From contig JAXLQJ010000047.1 of NCBI GenBank assembly GCA_046331705.1, positions 1 through 57,365 on the forward strand: DNA of 57,365 bases, in the 5' to 3' direction. Each line of letters begins with the position of its first letter. The first letter of the stretch is position 1. The position numbers were made by a program, and so were the translations under genes. The notes beneath the pieces were generated by a model, which worked only from the letters and a program-made list of their open reading frames with translations, was not told the origin of the DNA and searched no databases. Positions 28,677 to 38,665 of the stretch are shown piece after piece. This DNA comes from a bacterium. GTDB taxonomy: Bacteria > JADJOY01.

Positions 28677-28814
28677 TCCGTCCCCGTTCGGCTCGGAACG
28701 TGCGCCGCCAGACATCGCCGACGACCCGACACCGGGCACCGCGTGCCGTCGTCTCACGGTGCCCCCGAGCGGCGGCGTGCATCGGCCAACGACTCATGGC
28801 GCGCTGACGCACGC

Positions 28815-29123
28815 ATGGCGCGGCGGGTTCGGATCGCATCGCGCGCCGAGCTCGATTCCCGGAAATCCATTCAGCTCGAGGACGGCGATCTCACGATCGC
28901 GGCCTTCGCCGTGGCGGGCGAATACCATGCGCTCGAGGGACGCTGCCCACATCGCGGCGGACCGCTCGGCGAAGGCACCCTCAGTGGCACGACCGTGATC
29001 TGCCCGTGGCACCGCTGGCGTTTCGACGTCACCACGGGTCGCTGCACGAGCCATCCGCAGCGCGACGTTCGCCATCGGCCAGTGACGCTCCAGGCGGACG
29101 ACGTCTGGATCGAGATCGAGTGA
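28815..29123 (+). CDS. Small Rieske [2Fe-2S] ferredoxin
   Basis: CPHRGGPLGEG and CPWHRWRFDVTTG. Confidence 0.9.
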   Translation: MARRVRIASRAELDSRKSIQLEDGDLTIAAFAVAGEYHALEGRCPHRGGPLGEGTLSGTTVICPWHRWRFDVTTGRCTSHPQRDVRHRPVTLQADDVWIEIE

Positions 29124-29136
29124 GGTCGTTGCGGGC

Positions 29137-30816
29137 GTGAGCCAGCCCACGCCCCCGACCTCGCGAAGCAGGCCGACGCGCTGGCTCCTCGCGCTCGGCT
29201 TGGTCGGGCTCGGCTTCGCGGCGTATCTGCCGTGCCTGCGCATCCCGGCGTGGGAGACCGACACCTGGGTGATTCACTTGCTCGCCCAGCGTGCGTTGCG
29301 CGCCGGCTCGTGGCACGACGCCTTCCAGGTCGTCCGATTCATCATCGATAACCCCAAGGGCTGGAGTGATTTATTCATCCTTGCATCCTGGTTCGCGCTG
29401 TACGCGATCACCGGTCCGAGCCTCGTCGCCTTCCACGTCTTCGGCGTCGCGTGCCATTGCGCGACCGGCTGCCTGCTCTACGGATTCGCGCGCCGGCAGC
29501 ACGCGAGCGCGCGCACCGCAGCGTGGGCGGCGGCGTGGTTCCTCCTCGCGCCGCTCAACCAGGACGTGGTCGCCGTGGAAGCGCACTCGCAATACCCGAT
29601 GTTCGGCGTGCTGTTCCTGGGATCGCTCGCGCTCGCGGCGCGGTGGCGTGACGCGGGTTCGCGGCGCGCGCTCGCAGCGGCGCTCGTCCTCTACCTGCTC
29701 GCGCTCACCACCAAAGAGCTCGCCTTCGCGTTGCCGGCGATCCTGCTCTTCGAGGCGATGTCGACGGCACGCGCCGGCGATGGCGATCCCCATCGGCGAC
29801 GCCGGGCGTGGACGGTGCTCGTCGCGGCGAGTGCCCTCGCCCTGCCCTTCCTCGTCCGCCCCTTCTGGGTGGCGCTCGAAGCACCGCAGCGCGCGACCTC
29901 CCCGGCCGACGCAGCACTGCTGCGGGATCTCCTCGCCTATCTCCACCCGGCGGTGCTGACGCGGAAGCTCTTCACCGAGCTGGGGTGCTGGGCCGTGGTC
30001 CCCTTCGCAGCCGAGGGCCCCGCTCGCGCCGCGTTCCCGTGGAACCTCGCGCTCAGCGTCGGCACCTTCGCGATCGCGCTCGCGGGCCGCCTTCGCGAGC
30101 GAGCACGTCCCGCGGGACGCGTCGCGTGCGCGGCGCTGATCCTGGTGCTCGGGTACCTACCGGTCGGCTTTCAGCTCGACGCGCGCTCCTTCGAGAAGAC
30201 GGGCGAGCTCTACCTCGCGACGATGGGGGCAGCGCTCTTGTGGGGTGAGCTCCTCGGCGGAACCACGGAGCGGGCGCCGCGGATTCGCTCGATCCTGGGA
30301 GGCGCCCTCGCGATCGCCATGTTCGTTCACCTTCAGCTCCTGCACCAGGTCATGGCCGCTCACGGCAGGCGCGTCGAGGCAGCGGAACGCTCGCTCGAGA
30401 TCACGCTCGACACTGCGAGCGCGGACCAGCCGATCGTTCTCGTGGGCGAGGAGATGCTCGATCGCGGAGCGGTCGACGCGGTGCTGCTCGCGCTCGCCCA
30501 TCGCCGCGGCGCGCTGACACACGAGCTGAGCTGGATCGGGGGCACCCAGACGCTCGACTCCGTGGCGAGCTGCCCGGCGGGCGTCACACGCATCGACCGC
30601 ACGACGAGCCGCTTCCTGCGCTGGAACGATCGGACGGCGACCTTCGACGTGCTCGCCAGCGACGCGGACGTGCTGCGCGCGCTCGAATGGCGCAACCCCG
30701 ATCCCGAGCGGATCTGGATACGCGCGATCTGCATCGACGGCCTCGTACCGCCGCGGCTCGCAGCGGCGGAGCTGCTGACCGACCTGAGGCCCGAGAGCAT
30801 CCTGCCGCGCTTGTGA
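29137..30816 (+). CDS. Polytopic membrane protein, probable GT-C glycosyltransferase
   Basis: ETD after the first helix, FHVFGVACH, APLNQDVV, LALTTKE and GELYL, with many TM helices and a soluble C-terminal domain. Confidence 0.55.
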   Translation: MSQPTPPTSRSRPTRWLLALGLVGLGFAAYLPCLRIPAWETDTWVIHLLAQRALRAGSWHDAFQVVRFIIDNPKGWSDLFILASWFALYAITGPSLVAFHVFGVACHCATGCLLYGFARRQHASARTAAWAAAWFLLAPLNQDVVAVEAHSQYPMFGVLFLGSLALAARWRDAGSRRALAAALVLYLLALTTKELAFALPAILLFEAMSTARAGDGDPHRRRRAWTVLVAASALALPFLVRPFWVALEAPQRATSPADAALLRDLLAYLHPAVLTRKLFTELGCWAVVPFAAEGPARAAFPWNLALSVGTFAIALAGRLRERARPAGRVACAALILVLGYLPVGFQLDARSFEKTGELYLATMGAALLWGELLGGTTERAPRIRSILGGALAIAMFVHLQLLHQVMAAHGRRVEAAERSLEITLDTASADQPIVLVGEEMLDRGAVDAVLLALAHRRGALTHELSWIGGTQTLDSVASCPAGVTRIDRTTSRFLRWNDRTATFDVLASDADVLRALEWRNPDPERIWIRAICIDGLVPPRLAAAELLTDLRPESILPRL

Positions 30817-30880
30817 GCGTGGGCGCGCGGCGCCGCGCCGCTCCCGGCCGCCGGGCCGGAAACGCGACCGACGACCTCGC

Positions 30881-32209
30881 TCAACGCCGGCTGCGCGCCA
30901 GCGCGATCCCGCTGCGCGCATCGCGAACCAGCACACCGAGCGGAACCGTCACCGGGCTCGGCGGCAGCTCGAGCGCGAGCGGGACGAAGAACGAGTTGGC
31001 CTGCGTGTAGACCATGACGAATCGATCCGGCCCATCCGCGATCACCGCGGCATCCCCCTCGTCGATCACGGTCTCGAGGGCGGGGATGCGCGGGTTCCCG
31101 GCGTCGTCCACTCCCAGCACCGCTCGCAGCAAGCCGAGGATCACGTCGGGCAGCGCCGCGGCAAGCTGCGGCGGAAACGGCACGTCGCCGAGCTCGAGGG
31201 GGGTGCGCTCGGCCACGACCGGGTTGATCGATGGATCGGCACGAACGAACGTGAGCCCGTCCGTGCTCGCGGCGAATCCGATCGAGCGATTTCGGGTACC
31301 GGGTGTCGCGTCGCTCGCTGCGCGGCTGGTGAGCGGGTTGGCCGCGACAGGCACGAAGCCGCTGTAGTAGAGCCCGAATCGGCGTTGCCCCAGCTCGTCG
31401 TGGATCCACAATCCCGGCGCACCGACGCGGCCCGGAGCGAGCCCCTCGGTGGAGCCGCCCTCCCACGCGAGCTCGGGCGCGAGCACCGGCCCGACGGCCT
31501 CCGCTGCCGACGCACCCGTCGGATGCGCCGCGTCGGCCTTCCGCCAGCTCACGCCATCGGCCGAGCGCGCGAACCCGATCCCCGCGGCGTCGCCTCCCTC
31601 GTACCAGAGCCACCACTCGTCGCCGACACGGGTCACACACGGCGAGGCCACGCGTCCTTGCTCCCAAGGCTGGTCGGGGACGAGCACGGGAGGGCCGTGC
31701 TTCGACCACTGCACGCCGTCGTCGCTCACGGCGAATCCGATGCCCGCGCCGTCACCACCCTGATACCAAAGCCGAATGCGATCCGAGCCCGCAGCGGCCT
31801 CCGGCACCACCACGCTCGCCCCGTCCACCCGCCCGCGTTCCCAATCCAATGTCGCCGCGAGGACACGGCCGCCGGGGCCCGCGTGGTAGAGGTCTTCCGG
31901 CGTGCTCGCCTCCGTGCGCCAGATGCCCTGCGAACGGGCATCGCCAGCACGCGAGTAGTAGAGGACCACGCCCGATCCCTGGCGAACCAACGTGGGCTCG
32001 GAAAGCACGTCCGCGGCGCTCGCGCCCTCGATCACCCAGGGCTGCACCAAGTTGGTCGAATCGCCGTCGAGGTCGACCTTGTCCCACGGCGCCACGCCGG
32101 CCGACGGCAGCTGATCGTCGCCGCGTGACTCGTTGCCGGCGTCGGCGAGCGTCCCGCAGCCGCAGCCCAACATCGCGACCAGCAGCGCGACGAGCGCGCG
32201 AGGCTTCAT
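30881..32209 (-). CDS. Lipoprotein with five-bladed beta-propeller glycosidase-like repeats
   Basis: Lipobox GCGC and repeated blades WE.GRV..P..V / LWY.G / IGFA.S.DG..W. Confidence 0.65.
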   Translation of the reverse strand: MKPRALVALLVAMLGCGCGTLADAGNESRGDDQLPSAGVAPWDKVDLDGDSTNLVQPWVIEGASAADVLSEPTLVRQGSGVVLYYSRAGDARSQGIWRTEASTPEDLYHAGPGGRVLAATLDWERGRVDGASVVVPEAAAGSDRIRLWYQGGDGAGIGFAVSDDGVQWSKHGPPVLVPDQPWEQGRVASPCVTRVGDEWWLWYEGGDAAGIGFARSADGVSWRKADAAHPTGASAAEAVGPVLAPELAWEGGSTEGLAPGRVGAPGLWIHDELGQRRFGLYYSGFVPVAANPLTSRAASDATPGTRNRSIGFAASTDGLTFVRADPSINPVVAERTPLELGDVPFPPQLAAALPDVILGLLRAVLGVDDAGNPRIPALETVIDEGDAAVIADGPDRFVMVYTQANSFFVPLALELPPSPVTVPLGVLVRDARSGIALARSRR

Positions 32210-33540
32210 CAGTACACCACGCTCGCGGTGATCGCGACGCCCAGCACATCGCCACCCGATCGATAGCTGCCCACGGGATCGGCCGGATCGCTCTTGCGCG
32301 TGGTGCGATCGGCGAGCAGCTGCGCCTGACCCGCCACGTCGATCCGGGGCGGCGCTCGCAACACGTCCTCGAGCGTGTGGACCTCGAATCCCAGCCCGAG
32401 GCTCAGACCGTGGACGGGGTTGTCGACCAGGTTCGTGTTGCCGCGCTGATTCGGCGCTGGGCTCGGCCGGTAGAAGTAGCCGGCGCGCCCCTCGACGTCG
32501 ACGAGGTTCGACTCGATCGCCTTCCAGCCGAGCCCGAACGCCGGCTCCAAGGTGTCGTGAAAGTTGGGGTCGGGAACGGGAAACTCGGGAAGCGTGGGCA
32601 ACAGATCGGCGAGCCCGCCGGTGAGCACCGTCTTGGTGCTGGGAATCGGCGCGATGTAGGACGACCAGCCCCGCCACGTGAGCTGAGCCGTGAGCAGCAG
32701 CGGCGCGATCGGCCGCCACGCCGCCGCCACGGCCGCCTGCTGGGGCTGGAAATGCGTGACCGTGAGCGCGCTCACGTCGAGCACGCTCGCCTCGATGATC
32801 GGGATCGGGTTGGGCGGGATCACCAGCGGCTCGAAGTGGATCGTGACCGGCGTATCGAGCTCGATCGAGATCTCGCCGCGATACGCGAGCCCCACGTCCA
32901 GGCCCGCCAGGGGATGCAACATCACGCCCGCGATCGGCGCCGCCACCGCGAGCTGTGCCGCCTCTAGCGAGCCCTCACTCACTCCCTGGCCCTCCTGACG
33001 GATCACGAAGTCCACGCCACCCGAGTTGTCGCCGATCAAGTTCGCGCCCACGCCCACGTCGAGCCAATCGGTGATGCGCGCCGCCACCGGCAGCAGCGCC
33101 ACCAGTCGCTGGCTCGCGTTCGAGTAGAGCGCGAACTGCACCCGCTCGCGGGACTGCACCAGGAAGCGCACGACCCGCTCGTCGGGCACGTGGAACGCGC
33201 CGCCGAACGCGATGCGCGCGCCCGCCACCGTTCCCGGCAGCACGAACCCGAACTCGAGGCCCTCGGTGGTCTCGACGCCGACGTCGCGGCCATCGATCTC
33301 GAGGGACGGATCGGCGCGCATCCAGCCCATCTCGCCGATGATCCCCGGCGCGGCGGCCATCGCCGCCGGGTTGTACCAGGCCGCGCTCGCGCCGTCCGCG
33401 ATGGCCGTTCCCGCGCCACCCATGGCCCGCACGCGAGCGCCAAAGCCGAAGAGGTCGAACGGGTTGGCGCGCGCCGCGGACGGCGCGCACGCCGCGAGCA
33501 GGCTCGCCAGCGCCAACCGGGCAGCGGCACGAACGCTCAT
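32209..33540 (-). CDS. OmpP1/FadL/TodX family outer-membrane transporter
   Basis: Signal peptide, NPFDLFGFGARVRAMGGAGTA, AWYNPAAM and RAGYFYRPSP; ends in aromatic residue (VVY). Confidence 0.85.
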   Translation of the reverse strand: MSVRAAARLALASLLAACAPSAARANPFDLFGFGARVRAMGGAGTAIADGASAAWYNPAAMAAAPGIIGEMGWMRADPSLEIDGRDVGVETTEGLEFGFVLPGTVAGARIAFGGAFHVPDERVVRFLVQSRERVQFALYSNASQRLVALLPVAARITDWLDVGVGANLIGDNSGGVDFVIRQEGQGVSEGSLEAAQLAVAAPIAGVMLHPLAGLDVGLAYRGEISIELDTPVTIHFEPLVIPPNPIPIIEASVLDVSALTVTHFQPQQAAVAAAWRPIAPLLLTAQLTWRGWSSYIAPIPSTKTVLTGGLADLLPTLPEFPVPDPNFHDTLEPAFGLGWKAIESNLVDVEGRAGYFYRPSPAPNQRGNTNLVDNPVHGLSLGLGFEVHTLEDVLRAPPRIDVAGQAQLLADRTTRKSDPADPVGSYRSGGDVLGVAITASVVY

Positions 33541-34991
33541 CGACTCAGCATCTCGAGCTCGATCGAGAGGGCGAGGCCGGCGTGATAGAGCGCGCCATCG
33601 CCCCGGACCTCCGGATAGCCAGCGTTGTCGGCGGGAACCTCGGGGGATTTCACGTGAGTCCGCGACGGAAGGACTTGTGCCTGGAAATAGCCGTCGACAC
33701 GCAGCGGCCGCGGCAAGAGCTGCCCGAAGAGCTCGTGGAGTCGCAGGCCGATTCCCGCGCTCACGATGTGCCGGTCGTTGTCGAGCAGGTTCGTCTCGCC
33801 CGTCTGCTCGGGCGCGGGAGTCGGCTCGAACGCGTAGCCGGCACGCAACGCCACGTCGAGCGTCTCGCCACGCGCGAGCCACACCTCGGCGCCCAGCCGC
33901 CCGCTGAACGTGTCGCGAAACCCTGGGTCGCGCACCAACGAGTCGGTGAAGACGATCGGTAGCACGGGGATCGTCAGGTCGAGGTCGATTCGCAGCGACG
34001 GATCGGGAAACTGGGACCAACGATTCCAGAGCACCTCACCCGCGAACGTCACGCCGGCGGAGGGGGACCAGGCGACGCCCACCTCGAGCTGCTGCGGCGT
34101 GTAGAGCGCACTCGCGCTGAAGTCCACGACCAGCGGCAATCCGCCGAGGAACGCGTTGACGGGAATGCGGTAAGGCACGTCGAAGGAATCGCGAAACACC
34201 ACCCCGGCCCGCCACCCCGCGAGCGCGCCGGCGAGAGCCTGGCCGTCGAGCTGGATGCCGACCAGCGGGCTCAGGATGGTCTTGAGCTCTTGATCGACAT
34301 CGAACGTGGCGTCGCCCCGGGCGCCCAGCCCCAGCTCCAACGCACCGACGGTGTTGTCGAAGAGCAGGAACCCGGCGCCGATCTCCACGCCCGGCCAGGG
34401 CTCGAACGCAAGCGCGGGCAGCAGGTGAAGCAAGCGCGCGGTGTTCTGATGAAGGATGAACTGCGGAACCGTGGGGAACGGCACCGTCTGATCGAGCAGC
34501 ACGTCGCCCGACATCTGGATCGAGATCCCGAACGCGGCGCGAATCCCGATCACGCGCTGGAGCGGGATCGGAAACGTGGTGCCGAAGGTCAGGCTCGAGA
34601 CGCTGGGTAGATCCGCGGTGTCGCCGTCGATGCGCAGATCGTAGACGAGGGCGTCGTAGCCCAGCGTGACGTTCGGCTGGGTCGGCGACACGATCCCCGC
34701 GGGGTTGAGGTACGCCGCGGACGGCTCGTCCGCGAGCGCGGCGCTCGCGCCACCCATCCCGATGGATCTTCCGCCGAGGCCGTAGGTGAACCACGCGTGC
34801 GCTCCCGCGGCGCCCGGCACGGCGAGCACGGCGAGCCCGACGAGCGCGATCCCGATCAGGGGTGCGAGCGTCCCGCGGGCGCGTTTGGGGCTCGCCACGA
34901 ACCGGGGGAGCCGATCGCGATCGCGAGCACACCCGCGCCACGAAGGTCGGAGAGCAAACAGGCCGCGCCTCGCTCGTCGCCGGCCGATCAC
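33537..34991 (-). CDS. OmpP1/FadL/TodX family outer-membrane transporter (second paralog; start uncertain)
   Basis: YGLGGRSIGMGGASAA, AYLNPAG, RAGYAFEPTP and NLLDNDRH. Confidence 0.82.
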   Translation of the reverse strand: MIGRRRARRGLFALRPSWRGCARDRDRLPRFVASPKRARGTLAPLIGIALVGLAVLAVPGAAGAHAWFTYGLGGRSIGMGGASAALADEPSAAYLNPAGIVSPTQPNVTLGYDALVYDLRIDGDTADLPSVSSLTFGTTFPIPLQRVIGIRAAFGISIQMSGDVLLDQTVPFPTVPQFILHQNTARLLHLLPALAFEPWPGVEIGAGFLLFDNTVGALELGLGARGDATFDVDQELKTILSPLVGIQLDGQALAGALAGWRAGVVFRDSFDVPYRIPVNAFLGGLPLVVDFSASALYTPQQLEVGVAWSPSAGVTFAGEVLWNRWSQFPDPSLRIDLDLTIPVLPIVFTDSLVRDPGFRDTFSGRLGAEVWLARGETLDVALRAGYAFEPTPAPEQTGETNLLDNDRHIVSAGIGLRLHELFGQLLPRPLRVDGYFQAQVLPSRTHVKSPEVPADNAGYPEVRGDGALYHAGLALSIELEMLSR

Positions 34992-35006
34992 GCAAGCAGG
35001 GCGCGC

Positions 35007-35642
35007 TCAGGGACCACGCAGCGCGTTGATGTACGCCTCGGGCGCACCGCCGGAGCGAAGCTGCTGGGTGAGGCTTTCCGCGCGCGCGGGATCGCGCAGG
35101 CCTTCGATGTCCTCGAGGAAATAACCCGCGTTCTCGATCTGGCGCACCATCTTCGGAGGCAGCGGCTTCGAGTCGTAGAAGAATCGCTGCAGGAAGCTCT
35201 CGTCCACGCCAGCGACGCGGGCGATGTCGAGGAGGCTCTGGTCGACGGCGTAGTGATACTCCGCCTCGAGCAGCACCTTGGCCACGCCGCGTTGCTGGTG
35301 ACGCCGGAACGTGTCCTCGCGGATCTCGCGCGGCAGGATCATGTCGACGGGATCGAGGTTCTCGACTTGGACGTAGCCCTGCGCCTCGATCTGCGACCAC
35401 GCTTCGCGGGCACGCGACACGTCGTCACCGCGGGCCTCCCGCTGGTCGAGAAGCTCGCGGATCTTCTCGGTGGAAACGGTGCCGGTGAGCGGGGTGCCGT
35501 TGTCGTCCGTGACCTGTTGCGCCGCTGCGCGGCTGGGCGCCGTGAGCACCGCGCAGGTCGCGAGCAGCATCACGAGCCGCGTCACGAGCGCCGCCGGCTC
35601 GACCGGGCGACGCGACGCTCGACGCGATTGCGCAGGGCTCAT
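35007..35642 (-). CDS. Hypothetical secreted protein
   Basis: Signal-like segment LVMLLATCAVLTAPSRAAA followed by a well-formed charged helical region. Confidence 0.6.
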   Translation of the reverse strand: MSPAQSRRASRRPVEPAALVTRLVMLLATCAVLTAPSRAAAQQVTDDNGTPLTGTVSTEKIRELLDQREARGDDVSRAREAWSQIEAQGYVQVENLDPVDMILPREIREDTFRRHQQRGVAKVLLEAEYHYAVDQSLLDIARVAGVDESFLQRFFYDSKPLPPKMVRQIENAGYFLEDIEGLRDPARAESLTQQLRSGGAPEAYINALRGP

Positions 35643-35850
35643 GGCGGCGGCAGCCTAGCAAAGCCGAAGGCGGTGCAGCAACGCCGACGCGCCGGCCGCG
35701 CGCGCACCGCAGCGCTCGAAACCATGCCCGGCGGCTGATTTCGCGTTGCTTGGCCCGCGCCGCCTGGGCTACCATCCTCCGGCTGGCTCGTGATCGCGCT
35801 CAGCCTGAGAACGCGATCCACCTCGCGATCACCCCGTCCGAGGATCCTTC

Positions 35851-38619
35851 GTGAAAGCAGAAGAAGCCGAGTTCACGATCAGCAAGATCGCGTCGGCAGC
35901 CCACCGCGCCGGCGACTCGGCGCAGAAGCTGGCCCTGCTCGGGAAGCAGATCCTCGACTTCCCCCCGGACGACCAAGCGCTGTTGATGTCGACCATCGGG
36001 GCGCGTGCCTCGGAGGATCCGGCGTGCGGTCGCCTGCTGTTGCTGCTCGCGGACGTCGTGGGCTTCAAGACCGCGATCGGCAGCGACAAGTTCGAGAAGC
36101 TCCGCCAGACGCTGAGCGGGCGGCCGCAGGGAGCGGCCGTGGAGCGCTACTTCCGGGCGCTCGCGGCGCTCGACACCGATCGCCTGCACCTCTTCCGCGC
36201 CAAGACCGCGATCATGCTCCAGACCGTGTCGATGCTGAACGACAAGATGGAGCAAGAGCGCCTGCCGCTCATCAAGATCAACGGCTACGAGGTGGCCGAG
36301 CGCGTCGTCAACGAGTCTGGGCTGGAAGACAACTCGATCCGGATCGACCTCGCGAACTGGGTCGGCAAGCAGGGGTTACCCACCGCGCGCGACGTGCTGC
36401 TCGAAGCCGACTTCGAGGAGGTCGACGACGAGACGTTCCTGTCCAACCTGAACGACGAGCAGGTGCGCATCCTCGGCCAGGCCTCCGGCTTGGGCGTGAT
36501 GCTCGGAACGGGCGGCGCGGCCAAGCTCTCGGAGGCCGTGGCGCAGCGGCAGGCGCTCTTCATCTTGAAGCGCTTCTGCCTGCTGGTGCGCAGCGCCACC
36601 ATGTACCCGCCTGACCATCCCGGGCTGCCGCCGGCGTTCGAGGCGCTCAAGTCCACCATCGACAGCGCGATCGAGGACAAGGAACAGGTCACGATCACGG
36701 TGATGGGCGGCGACATCCTCCTCGACGACTTCAAGATCCGCAAGGAAGACCGGTTCAAGAAGACGTTCTGCGACATCTTCGACGAGCGCCAGGTCTCTTC
36801 GGTGACGTTCCGCCAGGGGCTCACCGTCGACGAGGTGAAGACGTTCACCTACTGCTTCACCGAGAGCCCCAAGATGGTGAAGGACAAGGGGGGCGTCCGC
36901 AAGATCCTGCAGCGCAAGAACATCACCAACATCGTCGTCGACCAGTTCAAGTACGGCGTGGTCGCGGACGACGGCAAGGCCGCCGTCGAAGGGCACGCGG
37001 TCGCCTCGGACGATCACCTCCTGGAAAGCCTCATCTACAACCAGGTGATCGACAAGCTCGAGAAGGGTGGCAGCATCCAGACCCTGTCGGTCGAGGAGGT
37101 CGGCTCGTTCTTCAAGGACATCCTGGCGAACCCCGACGAGGACAAGCGCAAGGCGCTGGCGCGCATGCTGGTGACGCTCGACCCCGAGCTGGTCGAGAAG
37201 GGCTTCCTCTCGAGCCCCGAGATGCGGCGCAACCTGTCCTGGTCGGCGGCGCGCAAGACCCTCGATCACATGTTCCGCGAGCTGGGCGTGGGCGACTACG
37301 AGGCGAAGGAGCACGCGCTCGAGACCATCGCGCAGCTCACCGACCTGGCGATCACCCGCCACAAAGAGCAGACGGTCACGTCGATCACCAAGCGGATGCT
37401 CGACTACATCGCGAATCAGGAGACCGATCCCGACCTCATTCGCATGGCCGCCCGCGTCTACTCGACGATGGCCATCACCTACCTGCGACGCAGGCGCATG
37501 GAGCAAGGCAAGGACTTCCTCGACATTCTCGTGCAGCTCGCCAACGGCGAGAACGAGATCCGTCTCGGACAGGACGAGAGGGCCGCGACCGCGTACGTGA
37601 GCTTCGACGACCGGCCCGAGGTCCCGCAGATCGCACGCGACGCGCTGCGCGCGGTCGGCCAGGAAGACGACGTGGTGGACATCCTGATCGCCGGCGCCAT
37701 CGACTCGGAGGCCACGCGCGCGCAGCCCGCGTCGGAGATGCTGGAAGCGATCGAGTCCGACCTCGTGGTCGGCAAGCTCTTCCAGGTCTTCGTCGATCCC
37801 GACCGCGCGGTGCGCTCGCGCGCCTACCAGATCCTGAAGCGGCTCGGGAAGCGCTCCTTGCGCAGCATCCGCGTCGCCCTCGACGATCGCAAGGCGGCCA
37901 CGTTCCCCGGCCGCGACCCGTCGACGGGAATCTTCCAGCAAGAGTCGGAGTGGTTCATCCTGCGCAACTGCATGGGACTGCTCGCGGAGATCGACCCGAC
38001 CCTCGCCGAGCCGTACCTCGTCGAGCTGGCCGCCGACCGCGACCACCGCGTCCGCAAGGAGGCGCTCCAGCTCCTGCTGCGCTCGGGATTGCCGAGCGCG
38101 ACCATTCAAGTGAAGAAGGCGCTCAAGGACTCGAAGGCGGAGGTTCGCGACACCGCGATCTTCGGGCTCGGAGTGCTGCGCGACGAGGAAACGGTCGACA
38201 CGCTGATCGACATCTTCCTGCGCTACGAGCAGCACCGCAAAGCCGTGCTGGAGGCCATGGAGCGCATCGCCTCGCCGACCGTCGCGCGCTTCCTGCTCAA
38301 GGCGCTCGAGGCCGTCGACGCGAGCACGTCGCGCAAGCGAAAGACCGATTTCCCCGTCGAGAAGGAGGCCATCCTGGGCGCCATCGGCAGCCTGGGCGCG
38401 ATCGGCGGGACCGAGGTGGTTCAGGCGCTCGACGCGTTCGTGGAGCGCTGGTCGAGCCCGCTCAAGCGGATCTTCTTCCGACCCGTGAAGGGGATGATGT
38501 CGTTCCAGGACTCGCTCAACGCGGCCAAGAACGCGCTCACCCTCGCGCGGCGAAGATCCGGCGGGCGTTCGGGGACCGTGACCGTGACGGCGCGCGAGCC
38601 GTCGACGGCCACGGCCTGA
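35851..38619 (+). CDS. Large HEAT-repeat protein
   Basis: 922 aa with strong codon bias. ATMYPPDHP motif and C-terminal HEAT repeats (DPDRAVR, DRDHRVRKEAL, DSKAEVRDTA). Confidence 0.85.
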   Translation: MKAEEAEFTISKIASAAHRAGDSAQKLALLGKQILDFPPDDQALLMSTIGARASEDPACGRLLLLLADVVGFKTAIGSDKFEKLRQTLSGRPQGAAVERYFRALAALDTDRLHLFRAKTAIMLQTVSMLNDKMEQERLPLIKINGYEVAERVVNESGLEDNSIRIDLANWVGKQGLPTARDVLLEADFEEVDDETFLSNLNDEQVRILGQASGLGVMLGTGGAAKLSEAVAQRQALFILKRFCLLVRSATMYPPDHPGLPPAFEALKSTIDSAIEDKEQVTITVMGGDILLDDFKIRKEDRFKKTFCDIFDERQVSSVTFRQGLTVDEVKTFTYCFTESPKMVKDKGGVRKILQRKNITNIVVDQFKYGVVADDGKAAVEGHAVASDDHLLESLIYNQVIDKLEKGGSIQTLSVEEVGSFFKDILANPDEDKRKALARMLVTLDPELVEKGFLSSPEMRRNLSWSAARKTLDHMFRELGVGDYEAKEHALETIAQLTDLAITRHKEQTVTSITKRMLDYIANQETDPDLIRMAARVYSTMAITYLRRRRMEQGKDFLDILVQLANGENEIRLGQDERAATAYVSFDDRPEVPQIARDALRAVGQEDDVVDILIAGAIDSEATRAQPASEMLEAIESDLVVGKLFQVFVDPDRAVRSRAYQILKRLGKRSLRSIRVALDDRKAATFPGRDPSTGIFQQESEWFILRNCMGLLAEIDPTLAEPYLVELAADRDHRVRKEALQLLLRSGLPSATIQVKKALKDSKAEVRDTAIFGLGVLRDEETVDTLIDIFLRYEQHRKAVLEAMERIASPTVARFLLKALEAVDASTSRKRKTDFPVEKEAILGAIGSLGAIGGTEVVQALDAFVERWSSPLKRIFFRPVKGMMSFQDSLNAAKNALTLARRRSGGRSGTVTVTAREPSTATA

Positions 38620-38631
38620 GCGGGGCCAGGC

Positions 38632-38658
38632 CTCGCCCCCCTTCACCGCAGGGGCGAG
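38632..38658. terminator. Hairpin between convergent genes
   Basis: CTCGCCCC...GGGGCGAG 8-bp stem; no clear U tract. Confidence 0.35.
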
Positions 38659-38665
38659 TGGGCCG

